Assembly: GCF_006345805.1 (NCBI RefSeq)
Contig: NC_042997.1
Location: forward strand, 18,414,001 to 18,478,000
Reading direction: 5' to 3'
Source of the DNA: Octopus sinensis
Taxonomy: Eukaryota
Length of the DNA stretch: 64,000 nucleotides
A model generated the notes under the pieces. The model searched no databases and was not told the DNA's origin. It worked only from the letters and a program-made list of their open reading frames with translations. A program made the translations under genes and the position numbers. This document shows positions 51,039 through 63,262 of this stretch, piece after piece (position 1 is the stretch's first letter; every line of letters starts with the position of its first letter).

Positions 51039-51273
51039 TGAAGGTGGCGAGCTAGCAGAAACGTTAAGATGCCGAGCGAAATGCGTAACCGTATTTTGTC
51101 TGTCGTTACGTTCCCAGTTCAAATTCCGCCGAGGTCAACTTTGCCTTTCATCCTTTCGAGGTCGATAAATTAAGTACCAGTTACGCACTGGGGTCGATGT
51201 AATTGACTTAATCTCTTTGTCTGTCCTTGTTTGTCCCCTCTGCGTTTAGCCCCCTGTGGGTAGTAAAGAAATA
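51039..51273 (+). mobile_element. SINE family M full copy with a perfect 22-bp TSD
   Basis: TATATGTTACTTGTAGTGCATA at 51017-51038 and 51274-51295. Confidence 0.92.
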
Positions 51274-54200
51274 TATATGTTACTTGTAGTGCATAAGAGC
51301 AGCCTGACACAATATTGATGCATTAAGAGACATTTGGCTTTCAGTTCATTAGGTTGTTCTCTTTTATACTGATGACATTTTATGTTTTGAGCTAATGAAG
51401 AAGCCTCAACACAGTTATTGTTCCTGCTAGAAAGAGTGATACTATCTCCATCAAATCAACCTTTACCACCTTATAAAAAATGATTATATTGAGAAATTTG
51501 ATTCTAGATGCATTATATCTGAAGGGAAAATAAGATGGAGTGGTTATGGTTGGAATATCTTTGTATGTTTGTTCAGTCCAACTTAACATGAAGTTAAATG
51601 AAAACAGCATTACAACTTTCAAAATGATCCTAAAAAAAAAGAAAAGCTATGTTAAAAATCAAAACAAGAATTCATTAAAGACTTATATGGTGTTTGAAAA
51701 TATAATTTTCACACAAAAGTTCATATTTTTGGGAAATGTCATTGTTTTGACATGTGCCTTTTATCAGAAAAGATAACAGAATAGTTAAAGAAAAAGAAGA
51801 AAAAAAGAAATAAAAATTTATCATTTGTGTGTTATATTATCAAATTGTAAATGTATTATTAAATTTATATTGTAAGTAATTAGATGTAATGTCTAGAAAT
51901 TTATCAATATAACCTATCTGATGCAAAATCTAGAAGTCATCATGGCTAGCACACTTATAATTGTGTTACAGTTTAGAAATTTTTTTCGAAATACTAAAGT
52001 TTTTCATAAGGGTATATTCATAATTCTGTAAAGTTCTTCAAATTTTATTTGAAATAGTAAGTTCTTCATGATAAGAATGATTTGTGCCAGTTGACCTTTA
52101 ACAATTTTAAGCTCAGAGTTGCTGTCAGCAACTACAATGATTTTATCATATAAATATAAACTAAATCCCATTGTCAATAAGTTAAGTCGGTTGTACAAAC
52201 ACCATTCCTATTAGTCGCTATGTATACCTATTCTAAATTAAGAAATATCTAATCAAAACTTTTACTACCATATAAACACCACATCCTATTTACAATAGTA
52301 CAAATTTCTCACATCACATTTTATAGTTCATTGTTACAGCCCAGATTTCAATGTTTAGTCAAACTTCAAACTAAACTGTTTTGTCTATGCATATAGAGAT
52401 TCTAATCTTTCCATTAATCTCATTTCTCACCTGGATTTTGGCTACAAAAATTATTAGGCAATGTAGCTAAGAGTCTCTGTCCTTAACTTCTCACAACAAA
52501 AACTTACTGATCATATCTCTTCTCATATCACCCCTCCTTGAAATCATTGCTCTTCAAGACTCACAACTCACAGTCATTTGATAATGATTCCAATGGCATA
52601 AACCCAAATTTTCTACAATCCTAAACTTTCTTACATCAACTAGTTTCATCCACTAACTGCATCCTGACATACATAAAAATACTCCACCAAACACCCGTGA
52701 TCTTTTTCTCATTTTAAAGCTTACCTCTTCCGAAGCACCTATCAGATCAACTGACTACAAGTTTATCATGACTACACACCACATATCACACTATGTCCCC
52801 CACCCTCATACTGTAAAGCACTTCAAGTCAACTGGACTTGCACTGGGTAGTCACCTACTAGTACTCGAGGCTCATAATCTCCAATCACATATTCACCTGC
52901 TAAGCAGGTAAATTCTTTCATTGCCACTTCTTTGTTTTCCATTGTTGATGCATTACTAAACTGCAGAGTTTTCATTGAATTATGAAAATCGAGTTGACTT
53001 TATTTTTCATTTGTAGTCCAAATCTTGAAGAAAGACTGTCTTCTATTGTTGCAGGGAACTAGTATTGTGAATCCAGATAGTATTAGTCCTGTTATACTTT
53101 TGCCATTTTGCCTCATATTGTAGATCTTAGCTGCTACTTCCAGTTACCCTGTGGATATTTGTGAAGCTTCTGTGAATTTGTCCTTTCCCCAATGTTTTCA
53201 GCTTAGAACTACTTAATAATGGAATGTAAATTGCTCTATTAAACTCATCCGAGGCAGAGTTCTCGTTGTCAAGTTCTTAGAAGTATTCTGCAAGGTCTTC
53301 CGTGGTATTTACTAAACTTGTAATGAAAAAAACAGTTAAGTGTTAAGTGGCCATGTGTACACACACATATACATATTAGTGTTAAGACAGTTACATATGT
53401 ATCCTCCTATCTAGCCTATCATAAAACAGATGAAATGGAAGAAGGAATACAATATTGAACTGCAACCTTATAGGTTTTCAATATGAATCAATTACAAATA
53501 TTCTGTTGATATTTAGGGCAATTCACCTAATTACACATATATCAGTTCAACTAGATATCTGGAACAGGTTGCACAATTTCTCAGAATATAACCTCTGATA
53601 GTCTTGGGATTTATCAAATAAAGAATTATAATTTATGTGTTTATAAATGTCCATAGATGCTAGTAGAAGCTAGCTAAGAACAAACTTATATGAGCATTTT
53701 ATGTTACTGGGGGCAGTTCAATTCTAGGTTCACTTTGAAAAGGTATAACTTATCAAGCAGAGGAAATAATATTCAATAAAGTGCTAATAGAATTTACTCA
53801 ATCTTTCTAAATCTTTTTATACTACCACTTGATCTTTGGGGACTTTTAGTGGAATCTGGTCTGTTGCAAACATTTGAAACAAGATACTGTTCTAAGAATA
53901 TCAGGATCTTCCTCCCTTCTCCCATCAGTCTTGGAAGTCCTCTAAGCAGTTAAAGCTATTGCCACATTTAAAGGACTGATCCATTAAATGAACTTTTACA
54001 AGATGTGATTTTAAAGAATAAAATGCAAAATCAGAGAAAACTTAGATGGTGTGTAATGGAGTCAATTAGGCTATAAGAGGACTGGTTACTAATCAAACTT
54101 TTTAAATATCCTTTATATAAGTCGCTTGTAAATTTTATATTACTTAATCTGAGAAATAATCTGGGATCTACTGATATATTTGTATTTGCAACTGGTTCTA

Positions 54201-56227
54201 CCAAGAACAGTCTACCCATTCAAGATTAAATAAACTTCTGAGAGGATCAAGTATACTACCTGGTTTTGATTCCTGGCTCTGATTACTTTTGAGTAAAGTA
54301 TGAGGGCCACAAAATTTCTTCATCCTTTCAAATCGCAGGTATTGGTGTCTATGAAAGAAATCAATAGAGTTTTTCTGTTATATTAAACCTCTTTAGTGCA
54401 CCTGTTGCTCCTGATCTAAATTCTCTGCACTTCAGCCATTCAGAAGCATTTTCTGTTATAATAGCATCAATAGTCAGTTAGTTACCATGGTTACAGTCAG
54501 ATCACTATCACATTATCGCCAGTTAGTTTCAGAGAAATTATTGTGGTCATAGGAACTTTATGCATGACATGCAGAAAAGAATTGTAAACTAAAGAATGAT
54601 AAAATGGGTTATCAATTGCTGGGTAGAATCCTATTACTGATGGTCTAAGTTCCCAAGTGGTTTAGTTATGGCTCAGGATAAAGAAAATCTGTTAGTTGAT
54701 CCAACAAATAAACCAACCATGAATTTGCTTTTTCTCTTTTGTACATGTGAGTTTATTATATTATATTTCCTTTCGTTTACCTTTTTCTTTTCAGAGCCTG
54801 AGGTCATGGAGGCTGTTATTAAGGGAGTCACCACAATTTTGAAGCATTTAAATAGTACTATGAGGATAATAAAAGCAAAGGCTGAGAACTGTTGACAAAC
54901 AGATTGCATGGATGCCATCACATTGCAACAGGCTGTAGAGATAAGGAATTTCCATTGATTTCATTCAATTCACTAAACCAACTTTTTGGTTGAATGTGCC
55001 ACCATTTACAAATAGAATGCCAGGGTCTTGAGTAATGGGTGATGACTCAATGCAGCATTTATAATATAGAATAATACCTGAAAATGCTTGATGCTGAATA
55101 AAGAAAACTGTGAAACACTCACATATTACAAAAGGATAATATATTCACAGGCTTTATTCAGCAGTTTATATTTTGTATTTATAGATTTTCTTCACTTTAG
55201 ATTATTTTTCTCAGAGCTACCAATGCACAGATTTAACATGAAGCCCAGCCTTATGCTCTCATTGATTATCGCTGAGCTATTTGTTACTAGGCTGTCAGTG
55301 CAGTACAACAATTTACAAGTTATACAACATCACTGAATTTCCACATCAACTCATATTTCTTAGTTTCAGTGAAAAGATTGCCACGAATTAAAGAGTTCAT
55401 GTCATCAGCTAACAATTCCATTAATTCAAATAGAATTTCTTCAGGATTTTATAAACCTGTTTCCCAGTAATTTGAATTTAGAAGGAAGTAGATTGTATAT
55501 ATTAGGAAAGATTTTAGGGTTAATATCATTCAACAGACTTCAGAACCACAAGGAAAATCAAACTGAAATGTGATACTTGTTAACTATAAATTTAGATATA
55601 AACTTAACTGTCATTTAATAATACATTTATTTCAATTTAGTGTTAAATGAAAATATATTCAATCGTCTTTGGAATTGTACTTTTGTTATTGGATATATTT
55701 TATTAAAAGTGATTTAGTACAAATATTACTGAGATGGCTCTCTAGACTGTTTCTCTTTCTCTCTAAACAATAAAAATAAATTTATTGTAATGAAACTTGA
55801 GACTCCTATTGAATAGAAGCTATTTTTCTAAACTTTACATTGTAAGAAGATCTTTTTGAAATTTTATTTTAGTTTAGATTTGCCTTTACAGTTTTACCAT
55901 ACAATAGAAAATAATTATCATATTTAAAGACTCAGTAAGTAGAAAAATACTCCTCAAAGAAATGAGTACTGTTCAGAAAATGGAAAAATACCTTTCTATC
56001 AATTCTCTAAAAAGGTAAATTTTCTTAACAAGATAATATTCTGGTAGAAATAAACATTTTCATTCTTTTTTGGTATTTATTTTTTCTTTTTCTCATAATG
56101 CACTTGAACACAAAATAATTTCTCATTGTTGTCTAAATTTCTGCAGTTTATATTAAAGTGCATAAATTTTAAGAGTTGTTTCAGAATTGATATTTAAAAA
56201 AAAATTCCATAGCATGTACTATACAAT

Positions 56228-56341
56228 TATTGTATCATCATCAGCATCATCATCATCATTATTATTATTATTATTATTATTGTTATTACTATCATCATTG
56301 TCATCGTCACCATCATCATCATCATCATCATCATTATTGTT

Positions 56342-56412
<71 letters not shown>

Positions 56413-56420
56413 CATTATTA
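56228..56420. repeat. (CAT)n/(ATT)n compound microsatellite
   Basis: Direct reading. Confidence 0.95.
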
Positions 56421-57659
56421 TTTATCAATTAAATCTGAAATGACAATAAAGCAATTTCTCCCCGTATAAAACAAAGTTCCATGAAATCTTTTATTAATTA
56501 GATTACTAGTAGAATTTGGGTCAAGAGTATTTTGTTTGATATTTCAATTTCATCTGCTGGTACTGACAAATGCTAGACTCTTTTATACAATAATCATAAA
56601 GTAAACATATGAATCCTCTCAGTAATCATAACATTATCACTCTTTTATTAATAATCTCTATGCCTCTATGAAAAGCAATTAAATATCTTGATAATGGAAT
56701 TGTCAAGTATTTTATGATTTCTATCATTGAAATTTTTTTTAATAATCAGTTCATCTTTTACAGTACACCTTTGATGATAAAGTTGTCAAGGTTCATATTC
56801 TGAAGGATCGACTGGTTTTGAAAAGTACTAAGGTTGAAGTTTTACAGCTCATCATTACCATCATCATTACCATTCTCCTCATCATCATCATTATCATTTA
56901 GTGTTCATTAAATGTTGGACAATTTGCCAAAAAAATAGTAAGCCAGAAAACTATGCCAAACTCTACATCCTACTTTGGTATGGTTTCTATGGTTGAATGC
57001 ACTTTCTAATGTCGACCACTTTACAGAATGCACTGGGTGCTTTTTATGTGGCACCAACGCCAGTGATGTCCCCTAGGAACTAGTTAGATAAGAGCTCTCA
57101 GTTGAGTGGGGAGTAGAATTGAGGTGATGAGAGGTTAAAGTATGATAAAAGAACAGAAACAACTGTCTTATTGCAGAGAAGTCACATGGCTTCTCCATTT
57201 GGAAAAGAGAGAGAAGTAGAGAGAGAAAACGAGAGGCAAAGAGAGAGAAGTTGCTGGTAAAGATGTTCTGAGGTGTACTCTCAAGTTACAGGGACATGAA
57301 TATAAGTGAAATAATACAGAGGATTGGACTGGGTAAGAGGGCAGATAATTTCTCAAGAGTGCAACAGGAGAGTGAGAGATAGAGAGAAGAGAAATGCAGT
57401 GTGTAGTGAACATAGATGGAAGCAGGGGATTTTAGGAACATGATTATTTGGGGATAGATTCATCAAGGACTGATAGAGTGCAGTTAAGTTCACACTGAAT
57501 AATGTATCATTTGGATTTTCTGGATTTTTAGTTACACAGACACTTTACATTGCAAAACTTTGTAATTGATTATTACATAGACTAATAGCCAAATCCATAG
57601 AAGAATTTTATTGTGATAGATGTACAATTTGCTGAATCCATATTTTATATTACTTCGTG

Positions 57660-57660
57660 A

Positions 57661-57708
<48 letters not shown>

Positions 57709-57751
57709 TTATATTATATATATATATATATATAATATATATATATATATA
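57660..57751. repeat. (TA)n microsatellite
   Basis: Direct reading. Confidence 0.95.
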
Positions 57752-57780
57752 CGCGAGAAGAAGCAACAAGAATGGATAGG

Positions 57781-57870
57781 TTTTTAGTACGATCGTTTCA
57801 TACAAGGACAGGTTTATTAAAAGTTGCAAAGATTACAGCATATAAACGAGCCCCTACTCATCAGCTAAAT
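57781..57870 (-). ncRNA. Type I hammerhead ribozyme motif (left arm)
   Basis: CUGAUGA at 57864-57858, GAAA at 57799-57796, ACGAUCGU stem III, GUA site at 57790-57788, stem I UUUAG/CUAAA; stem II is one base short of the right-arm copy. Confidence 0.7.
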
Positions 57871-58403
57871 ACATGTAAGTTCTCTAGACATCCTAGGTTT
57901 GAGGCTATACTCATGAAGTAATGTAGATAATTAACAGATTTCTAAAGTTCATTAAAGTTCTTTAAATAGCTACAGCCTCTGTGAATAGCATAATGTGATT
58001 AATATGGCAAACACCTAATCATATAACAAGGATTGATACCTACCTCATTGTGTTCAACCATTGTAAAATTTATCGCCTGTGAATATGAAATTCATCTCCA
58101 TTTCTCTGGAATTTACATCTACACCATTGGAATCTGTGCATATATACAAAGGATTAATTCACCCTCTCTGTAATGCTATAACAATGGATAAACTTGTCTC
58201 TGTGAGTATGTAATCCCTCATCATATCTATGGAAATTCATATGGATTAGGTCACCTTCTCTGTGATGCTATCAACTTTTTAAAATTCTGTGATAAGACTA
58301 TACATCATCTTTAAAGAACTTTAATGAACTTTAGAAATCTGTTTATTATCTACATTACTCATGAGTATAGCCTCAAACACTAGGATGTCTAGAGAACTTA
58401 CAT

Positions 58404-58497
58404 GTATTTTAGCTGATGAGTACGGGGCTCGTATATGCTGTAATCTTTGCAACTTTTAATAAAACCTGTCCTTGTATGAAACGATCGTACTAAAAAC
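58404..58497 (+). ncRNA. Type I hammerhead ribozyme motif (right arm)
   Basis: Stem I UUUUAG(58407-12)/CUAAAA(58490-95); CUGAUGA 58413-19; stem II GUACGGGG(58420-27)/CCUUGUAU(58470-77); GAAA 58478-81; palindromic stem III ACGAUCGU; GUA cleavage triplet at 58487-89. Confidence 0.8.
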
Positions 58498-58640
58498 CTA
58501 TCCATTCTTGTTGCTTCTTTCTCGCTTATAATCACCCCCATTACTGTATTGTTAAATCAGTATAGTTTTTTTTTGGTGCAATCTAAGTTAGGTACCATAT
58601 TCAAGTAAATTTTTTAAATTAACTTGAATCTTTTTGCTCT

Positions 58641-58683
<43 letters not shown>

Positions 58684-58824
58684 ATATAGGTAGATAGATA
58701 AAACTTACTTGGAAAAGGATGCATGGCAGTTAATTATATAATAATATAAATAATATATAAATATATGCATATATACTTACATACATGTACATACCTACAT
58801 ATATATGTATATATACATGTACAT

Positions 58825-58996
58825 ATGGGTGCAGGACATCAAAAAAATGTAGACACAATGAGAAACTAGAATATAAAAAACAAAAACATAGAAGACGAAC
58901 TATTTTTTGAACAACAAAAAAACAACCAGAGAAACAAGACAAGCAGCATAAAGAACATTTCCTTCATCAGTTATCCCCTCTTTTATCTACTCTGCG
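58825..58996 (-). mobile_element. Fragment of the repeat family also seen at 22951-23120 and 2050-2190
   Basis: Shared CTGATGA(A/G/C)GG and shared tails TGTG(T)CTACATTTT / GATGTCCTGCACCC. Confidence 0.5.
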
Positions 58997-60303
58997 ACCA
59001 AAATCACATTTAAGAGCAATTTCAAAGGGAATGAAAAATAAAAACTTTTATCTTGTTATTTTTTTTTACGGTCATAACTAGGTTTCGAATTTTATTTTAT
59101 ATATATATGTAAGATGTAGTCCATAACCAATCTAGGTAAGCAGTAACTTAGTATGAGGATGTGGCCGAGAAAACAAGGAAGACAACTCTGATTGCTTGTG
59201 CTTCATTAAACTTGATCAGCTGAAGTATGGTTGTCACATTGCCTGCTGCCATTGTGAGAACTGTGGTGCTGAATGCATGTTTATCTGCTGATGATATATG
59301 TTGGCAAAAAATAGAAAACAGTGATGAGGAAAACAATACACCTATGTTACAAAGCAAAAATACCCCCATGGTATTTGTGCTGCTGAGTTTGAACCAATGA
59401 TCTTTGATTATTCTCACTATTGCAAATGTGTGAATGTGTGATTGATCCCTTGGAAATCAGTAATTGCAGATGCTAATGTTCACAGCTTGCATTGTAATAT
59501 AAATAAGCACTCTGTGCAAAAAGACGTAAAAATAACTGTGGGGCTAAGTGACTGGAACACCGACATTAGTTTTTCTAAAACTGTAGTCTATCATACTGAG
59601 CGAGTTATATATAAGGCTTCTTTTCAATGTATACCCTTATAACAAGAGAAGTTTCCTTGGTTGATAGTTTGATATCAGAAAAAAACATTTAATTCCATCA
59701 TTTCAGTTACTAAGAGATATTAACATAAAATACTTAAATTGTTTTCACTGGAATTTATACTTATTTCTAACTACCTAGATCTGCCATTATGGATCTATAT
59801 CAGATCTATATTAATAGCTTTCTTTCTTTCTAATTAGTAATAACAATTTTAATTTATAATTCATTATCGTTGTTAAAATATAACATCTAAATTGATTTTT
59901 ATTCACTTCAGCTACAATGATAAAGGATAGACACGTGATGGATTTTCTATAATATTACACTGATGGACATTATTTTTGTTCTGCTTAAGTAATTTTGCAT
60001 CATTAGTGATGCTTTAGAGATACTTGAAGTAAATTAATAATGTATGAACAATTAATAATTACTAATTTCGGAATGAAGAATATTACAATCTGTCAGATTT
60101 ATGTTACATACACAGCAAACATTTGTTTCATCTTAACTTGACATGTTGTGTTTTGTATGTTATATATATTCATTACATGTAAAAGCGACAGCGAGGAAGA
60201 AGCATTTTACTCTTACTAAGATTTTATATAACGGTGGGAAAGGGATCTGTTTTCAAATTACAAAATCAAGGGAAGACAGTAGAAAGTAGTTCATAAGCCT
60301 TAA

Positions 60304-60524
60304 CCCTTTAGCGTTTAAACCGGCCATATCCGGCCAAAAGTATTTTGCTTGTTTTATGTTCAAACTGGCCATATCTGGTCTCTCACACCAACCCTACAAT
60401 ATCATCTTAAAAATTAACAGCTACCTCATCAAAATCTCATAGCTACAAGATAATGCATGATTAGTTCAAAACAATGTGGATAAAAAAGCATTAATTTTGG
60501 CAGAATAATGCAAACACTAAAGGG
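60304..60524. mobile_element. piggyBac-type MITE, 221 bp
   Basis: TTAA TSD (60300-60303, 60525-60528); 13-bp TIRs CCCTTTAGCGTTT / AAACACTAAAGGG (12/13 match); internal direct repeat AAAC(C/T)GGCCATATC(C/T)GG(C/T)C. Confidence 0.85.
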
Positions 60525-61117
60525 TTAAACAGCAAATATCTCTTTCTGACATTGTGTTTCGAGGGCTAGAAATATTCTTATATTCTTTTACTGATTTTGA
60601 ACATTTTGAGCACTGTCATCAAGGACTTTAGTTGATCATATAAACTATTCATTTAAGTGTGGCACTTGTTTTATTGATATTTATTAAATTAGTAAACTTT
60701 TACATTTTGGCATAAATGGTAGTAAGACAACATACCAAGTCACAACACTATACAGAAGCACCACTACCACCACCACCACCACCATCAAACATCCATGTTC
60801 TATACTGGCATGGGTTGAACAGATCAACAGGATCTGATTGGTCTAAAACAGCATCATATTCTAGTGTATACCTTAGCATGGTTGTAGGGGTGGACGTCTT
60901 TCTTAATTCCAACCACTTTACAGCATTTACTGGGTGCTTTTTCAGACACCAGTACTAGTGAGATCAACATACAGCTTACAAGACTATGAAACCCAAGGGT
61001 TATATGTGTGTATATGAATAATATGGGTGGCTAATTCGCAATTTTACAACCTAAAAGCAGAAATATATACACTGTTGCAAAATTGTGACTTAGCCACTCA
61101 TAAAATATATGTATATA

Positions 61118-61500
61118 TCTCTCTCTATATAAACGGCAGTTTGTCTGTGTGTGTGTCTGTGTGTCTGTCAGGTTGTACCCTCACCCTGACCACGGCTTTC
61201 AACCGATTCTGATGAAACTTGACACACTCATAGCCCAATGTCATAATTCAAAACTAACGCAGCGAAAATTTTGAAAAGTTCCCCCAGTTCTGAAAAAAAT
61301 CGATAAATTCGACATGGGGTCGAGAATCAGAAACACAAACCACAGACTGTCTAGGGGACGCAACTCGACCTTTTTAACTCTCAAAAAAATTTACCATCAT
61401 TTTTTTTCCATTTTTTTGCTATTTTTTGGCTATAACTCTCTAAAAATGCTTTATAGTTATTTCCCTTACAAACCTGAGCAACGCCGGGCGATACTGCTAG
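61118..61500 (+). mobile_element. Non-autonomous Helitron
   Basis: Starts with TC after an A, ends with CTAG before a T, subterminal GC-rich hairpin CCTGAGCAACGCCGGG (61473-61488), internal (TG)/(TCTG) tract, no TSD. Confidence 0.8.
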
Positions 61501-63034
61501 TATATATATATATATGTAATATATCTGTGTGTATCTTATATATATGCATAGGTGTGTGCACATGTGCATGTGTGTATAGATTGTACTTTGTATTTATTTG
61601 TATAATGCATTGAGTTATTTGCAATATCTTTGCCTATTCAATCATTAGATTGTGAACTTATATACATATAGATATACACACCAACCCATACACACATAAA
61701 CACACATATACACATGCACACGCACACACAATAAAAGGTGGGCAGTGTGATCAAAACCGGGACCCCATAGTTCGAAGTAAACATCATAACCTTATCCCTG
61801 CACATAACATATGTGCAGGGATAAAGGCTATGCCAATACGTATACCTACATTTATTAGTAAAATAGTTGATAGTATTTTTAACCTTTATTCATTGTTTGA
61901 ACCATTTAATAAGGAAAGTAGACATTTTGTTAGTATATTAATAATGTTAACTCTATAGATCCCCTGTAGGGATGCAAAGATTTATTTGATTTTGGTAGGA
62001 TTTACAATAGAAAAAAATTGTACAAGATATTGTAAAATGATACATTTTTACTCTACTACTATCTACCATGTGCCAACTAGAAAATATTGGTCTCCTTTTG
62101 TTCTTTCAATTGTTTCTTGAGTAGTTTGGTTGTTTTTTTCTTTTGGCGCTACCAGAAAATATTGACATTAAAGTTATTGTAACACTTCCTAATTTCTTTT
62201 ATAATGCTGAATGTTAGAAAATGAACAATGTGTTTCATTTGGAAACCAATTAATTGAAGAAAACATAAACATCAAGATGATTAATTAACTTTCTGTTCCA
62301 GTGCACAGCGTTGTAAAAAAGATATGAGTCATCATTTACCGATTGTAGCTTGTCCTGTAAAAAACAATATCAACTATACTGGCCAAAGAATTGAAGTAGT
62401 AGATATTATCAAACAGTCTTCACTGCCACCCACATTATACTGGCTGAAGTTAAAATCTGCAGTATTTTAGTTCTATAAGTCACTTTGTAAGTTCTAACTC
62501 AGGTAAGCTTAGATGAAAGTAAGAACTTCATACACTTTCTCAAACACCCAAATGTGCACATCCACACACACACACACACACATTTTTTTTAAATTTAGAG
62601 TTAATTTTGACCTACCATCTGCTTGGTAGCAAATTTGTGAAGGAAAGCATCTTTTGCTCATCAACCTCTTGATCTTGCAGACTTTTTAGTCCCAGATACT
62701 GTTTATTTGTAGGTATGGATTAAGAGGTTGCATTCTCTCTCCAAACTTTACTCTGGTTGGGCTGGTAGCTCCAATAATAATAAGTATGAAGCTAAAGATG
62801 TATCTTGGGTACTGGATTTGCAAACATCTGATGTCCTCTTCTGTATTTTTCTGATCACATTGGTGTCCAGAGGGCAACAGATTTCTGTAACAGAGGATAT
62901 ATTTTTCATGTTGTGTCACACAACAATATCTGGTCGGTTATGTTTTAACTTGATGGCTAATTTAATTTTCAAGTATTGTTCGGATATATCAGTCTCAATA
63001 TGTATTTGTGTATGTATGCATGTATGTATGTTTG

Positions 63035-63185
63035 CAGCTCTTGGTGGTCCAAATCAGATATGCAATCTATGTGGGTGTCTTTTGAATACATTGTCTGGTT
63101 TAAAAAGCCACATCAGATGCCATGACGGATCTAAGGTGTAAGTGCTCGAGGTGGTCAGACTCTGCATAAGGAGTAGACAACTACC
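63035..63185 (+). mobile_element. Probable RTE LINE 3' end with a terminal C2H2-like motif
   Basis: CNLCGCLLNTLSGLKSHIRCH, then a stop, a short UTR and a (TATG)n tail. Confidence 0.5.
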
Positions 63186-63189
63186 ATGT

Positions 63190-63262
63190 TTGTATGTATG
63201 TATGTATGTATGTATGTATGTATGTAGTATGTATGTATGTATGTATGTATGCACGTATGTAT
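63190..63262. repeat. (TATG)n microsatellite
   Basis: Direct reading. Confidence 0.95.

Larger units (their letters stand above)
57753..58525. mobile_element. Fold-back element with ~215-bp inverted arms carrying hammerhead ribozymes (Penelope-like pLTR/retrozyme-type)
   Basis: The arms 57753-57966 and 58310-58525 are reverse complements (7 small indels, 1 substitution); 343-bp spacer. Confidence 0.85.

Noticed and set aside
52425-52900. Minus-strand donors CCAG|GTGAGA and GAG|GTAAGC
   Set aside because: I found no convincing acceptor plus open frame upstream of either donor, and the region looks like an old LINE 3' end.
63060-63125. Host C2H2 zinc-finger gene exon
   Set aside because: It is a single atypical finger followed by a stop and a simple-repeat tail, which fits an RTE 3' end rather than the tandem TGEKP-linked octopus C2H2 arrays.
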